Notes under the pieces: model-generated
The model's database searches: none
What the model saw: only the letters and a program-made list of their open reading frames with translations
What the model was told of the DNA's origin: nothing
In this document: positions 63,001-64,000 of the stretch, piece after piece
Numbering within the stretch: the first letter of the stretch is position 1
Layout: every line of letters begins with the position of its first letter
Assembly: GCF_031769215.1 (NCBI RefSeq)
Contig: NW_026782022.1
Span: 434,001 to 498,000, forward strand
Reading direction: 5' to 3'
Origin: Ylistrum balloti
Lineage: Eukaryota
Length of the DNA: 64,000 nt
Made by a program: the position numbers and the translations under genes

Positions 63001-63796
63001 TGGATCCGAATGCGTCCTGTATATTACACACAGACATGACCGGGTCAAACACATAACAGTAGATCACAGCATCCACTGCAACAGTCACCGAATCCTTGGA
63101 CAAAATCTACAATAAGAATAAATCAACACCTACAACCAAATCGGCTGTATCTCCCGTGATTATCTTAAAAGTTCTTACTAGGTAGGACTAGAATATGCTC
63201 CTGTGATGGTATATGTAAAAGTCTTACCTCTTTACATGGTATATGATAAATGGTATATCAAGGACTCTAGGATTTACCTCTTTTGGTATATCTAGAATTA
63301 ACCACTGATGTTGGTAAATCTAGGATTTCCCTCTTCGAGGATATATCTAGGACTAACTCGTTGTTGTGTAATATCTGAAGGTTTTTTTTAATATCTGAAA
63401 CTTACCTCTGATTGTCCATGCATATCTAGGGCTTACCTCTTGTGGTGGTATATCGTAAGATTTGATTCTTAAGTCTACCGAATGAAACTGATCTGCGCAT
63501 GGTAGGATGAATACAATACCTATAAAACATACAACGGTATATCGACAAAAATGAAAACATATTATTGCTTTAAAAAACAGGAATATTGTGAATCTTAAAG
63601 TATATTGCTATACCAACATTAGTTGATAAATAGTTGCGGTTTAAAACCATGAATTTCACCATACATATGGCGGTTCAAGAAGCGTGAAATGTCATACTCA
63701 TGTTAAAAATCTATATGTCATACCTGGACCCCTCGCTCCATCACGTTTTGCTCTACCAAGGCGGAATACCACACCTCGCTCATAATCAGGTACTAT
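60050..63796 (-). CDS. STOM: Stomatin / band 7 (SPFH) family protein, 3' part; 5' exons lie beyond the window
   Basis: Exons 63796-63724 (IVPDYERGVVFRLGR...GPG), 63519-63437 (IVFILPCAD...DLR...PPQE), 63106-62903 (ILSKDSVTVAVDAV...STRLLAATTLR), 62147-62092 (LDESTDPWGIKVERVE), 61405-61327 (KDVRLPHQLQRAMAAEAEASREA), 60238-60050 (...ALQLRYLQTLNSIAAEKNSTIIFPLP). Frames join. Confidence 0.93.
60319..61240 (-). mobile_element. Helentron/HINE-like element in last intron of the stomatin gene
   Basis: TTTAGTTCACCTGGTCC-GAA-GGACCGGTGAGC hairpin terminus, GTCC microrepeat, internal degenerate units, and other end GAGCGATATGGACCTCTTGTTT. Confidence 0.75.
63185..63455 (-). repeat. Degenerate ~28-bp minisatellite derived from an exon/intron junction
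   Basis: About 8 units resembling ctagggcttacctcttgtggtggtatat, the last of which is the true stomatin donor site. Confidence 0.7.
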
Positions 63797-64000
63797 CTGT
63801 GAAGTACATATAGTGAATAAGTGAATAACTGCAAGGAAACATCAGCATACTGCAAAACGGATATACCCAGAAAGCTGTATTTGTATCGAAGGAATCATTT
63901 AACATTCGCTATATACTTATTATACTGCGTTTGCGTCATGTTTAATGTTGTATGAATGCAGATATATGTTCCATATAAAACGCAATGGGTGAGACATATT

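Noticed and set aside
1-64000. CRISPR arrays, rRNA, tRNA genes, prokaryotic operons
   Set aside because: None seen. The DNA is spliceosomal-intron-containing eukaryotic sequence and the tandem repeats lack unique spacers.

Overview
AT-rich, intron-dense animal genomic DNA. It is most likely from a bivalve mollusc (oyster-like), an inference from the Helentron/HINE-type repeats carrying Cg170/BIV160-like internal units. The left half (1-27.4 kb) is a tandem array of three arylsulfatase B-like genes on the minus strand: copy A is partial and has a Ser in place of the catalytic Cys, copy B is complete with an extra N-terminal signal-anchor exon, and copy C is complete and canonical. They are interleaved with a near-intact Tc1 (DD34E) transposon, a tandemly duplicated broken THAP gene, a hAT transposase remnant, LINE fragments and a dispersed family of hammerhead-ribozyme-like repeats. 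The right half holds a BTB-BACK-Kelch gene whose CDS is essentially one exon (+), a single-exon LRR gene with a BC-box-like tail (-), a head-to-head 13-coding-exon gene for an uncharacterised ~1580-aa Cys-rich / polyQ / low-complexity protein (+), and the 3' part of a stomatin (band 7) gene (-). All exon structures were assembled by hand from GT-AG sites and frame continuity; no database search was possible.
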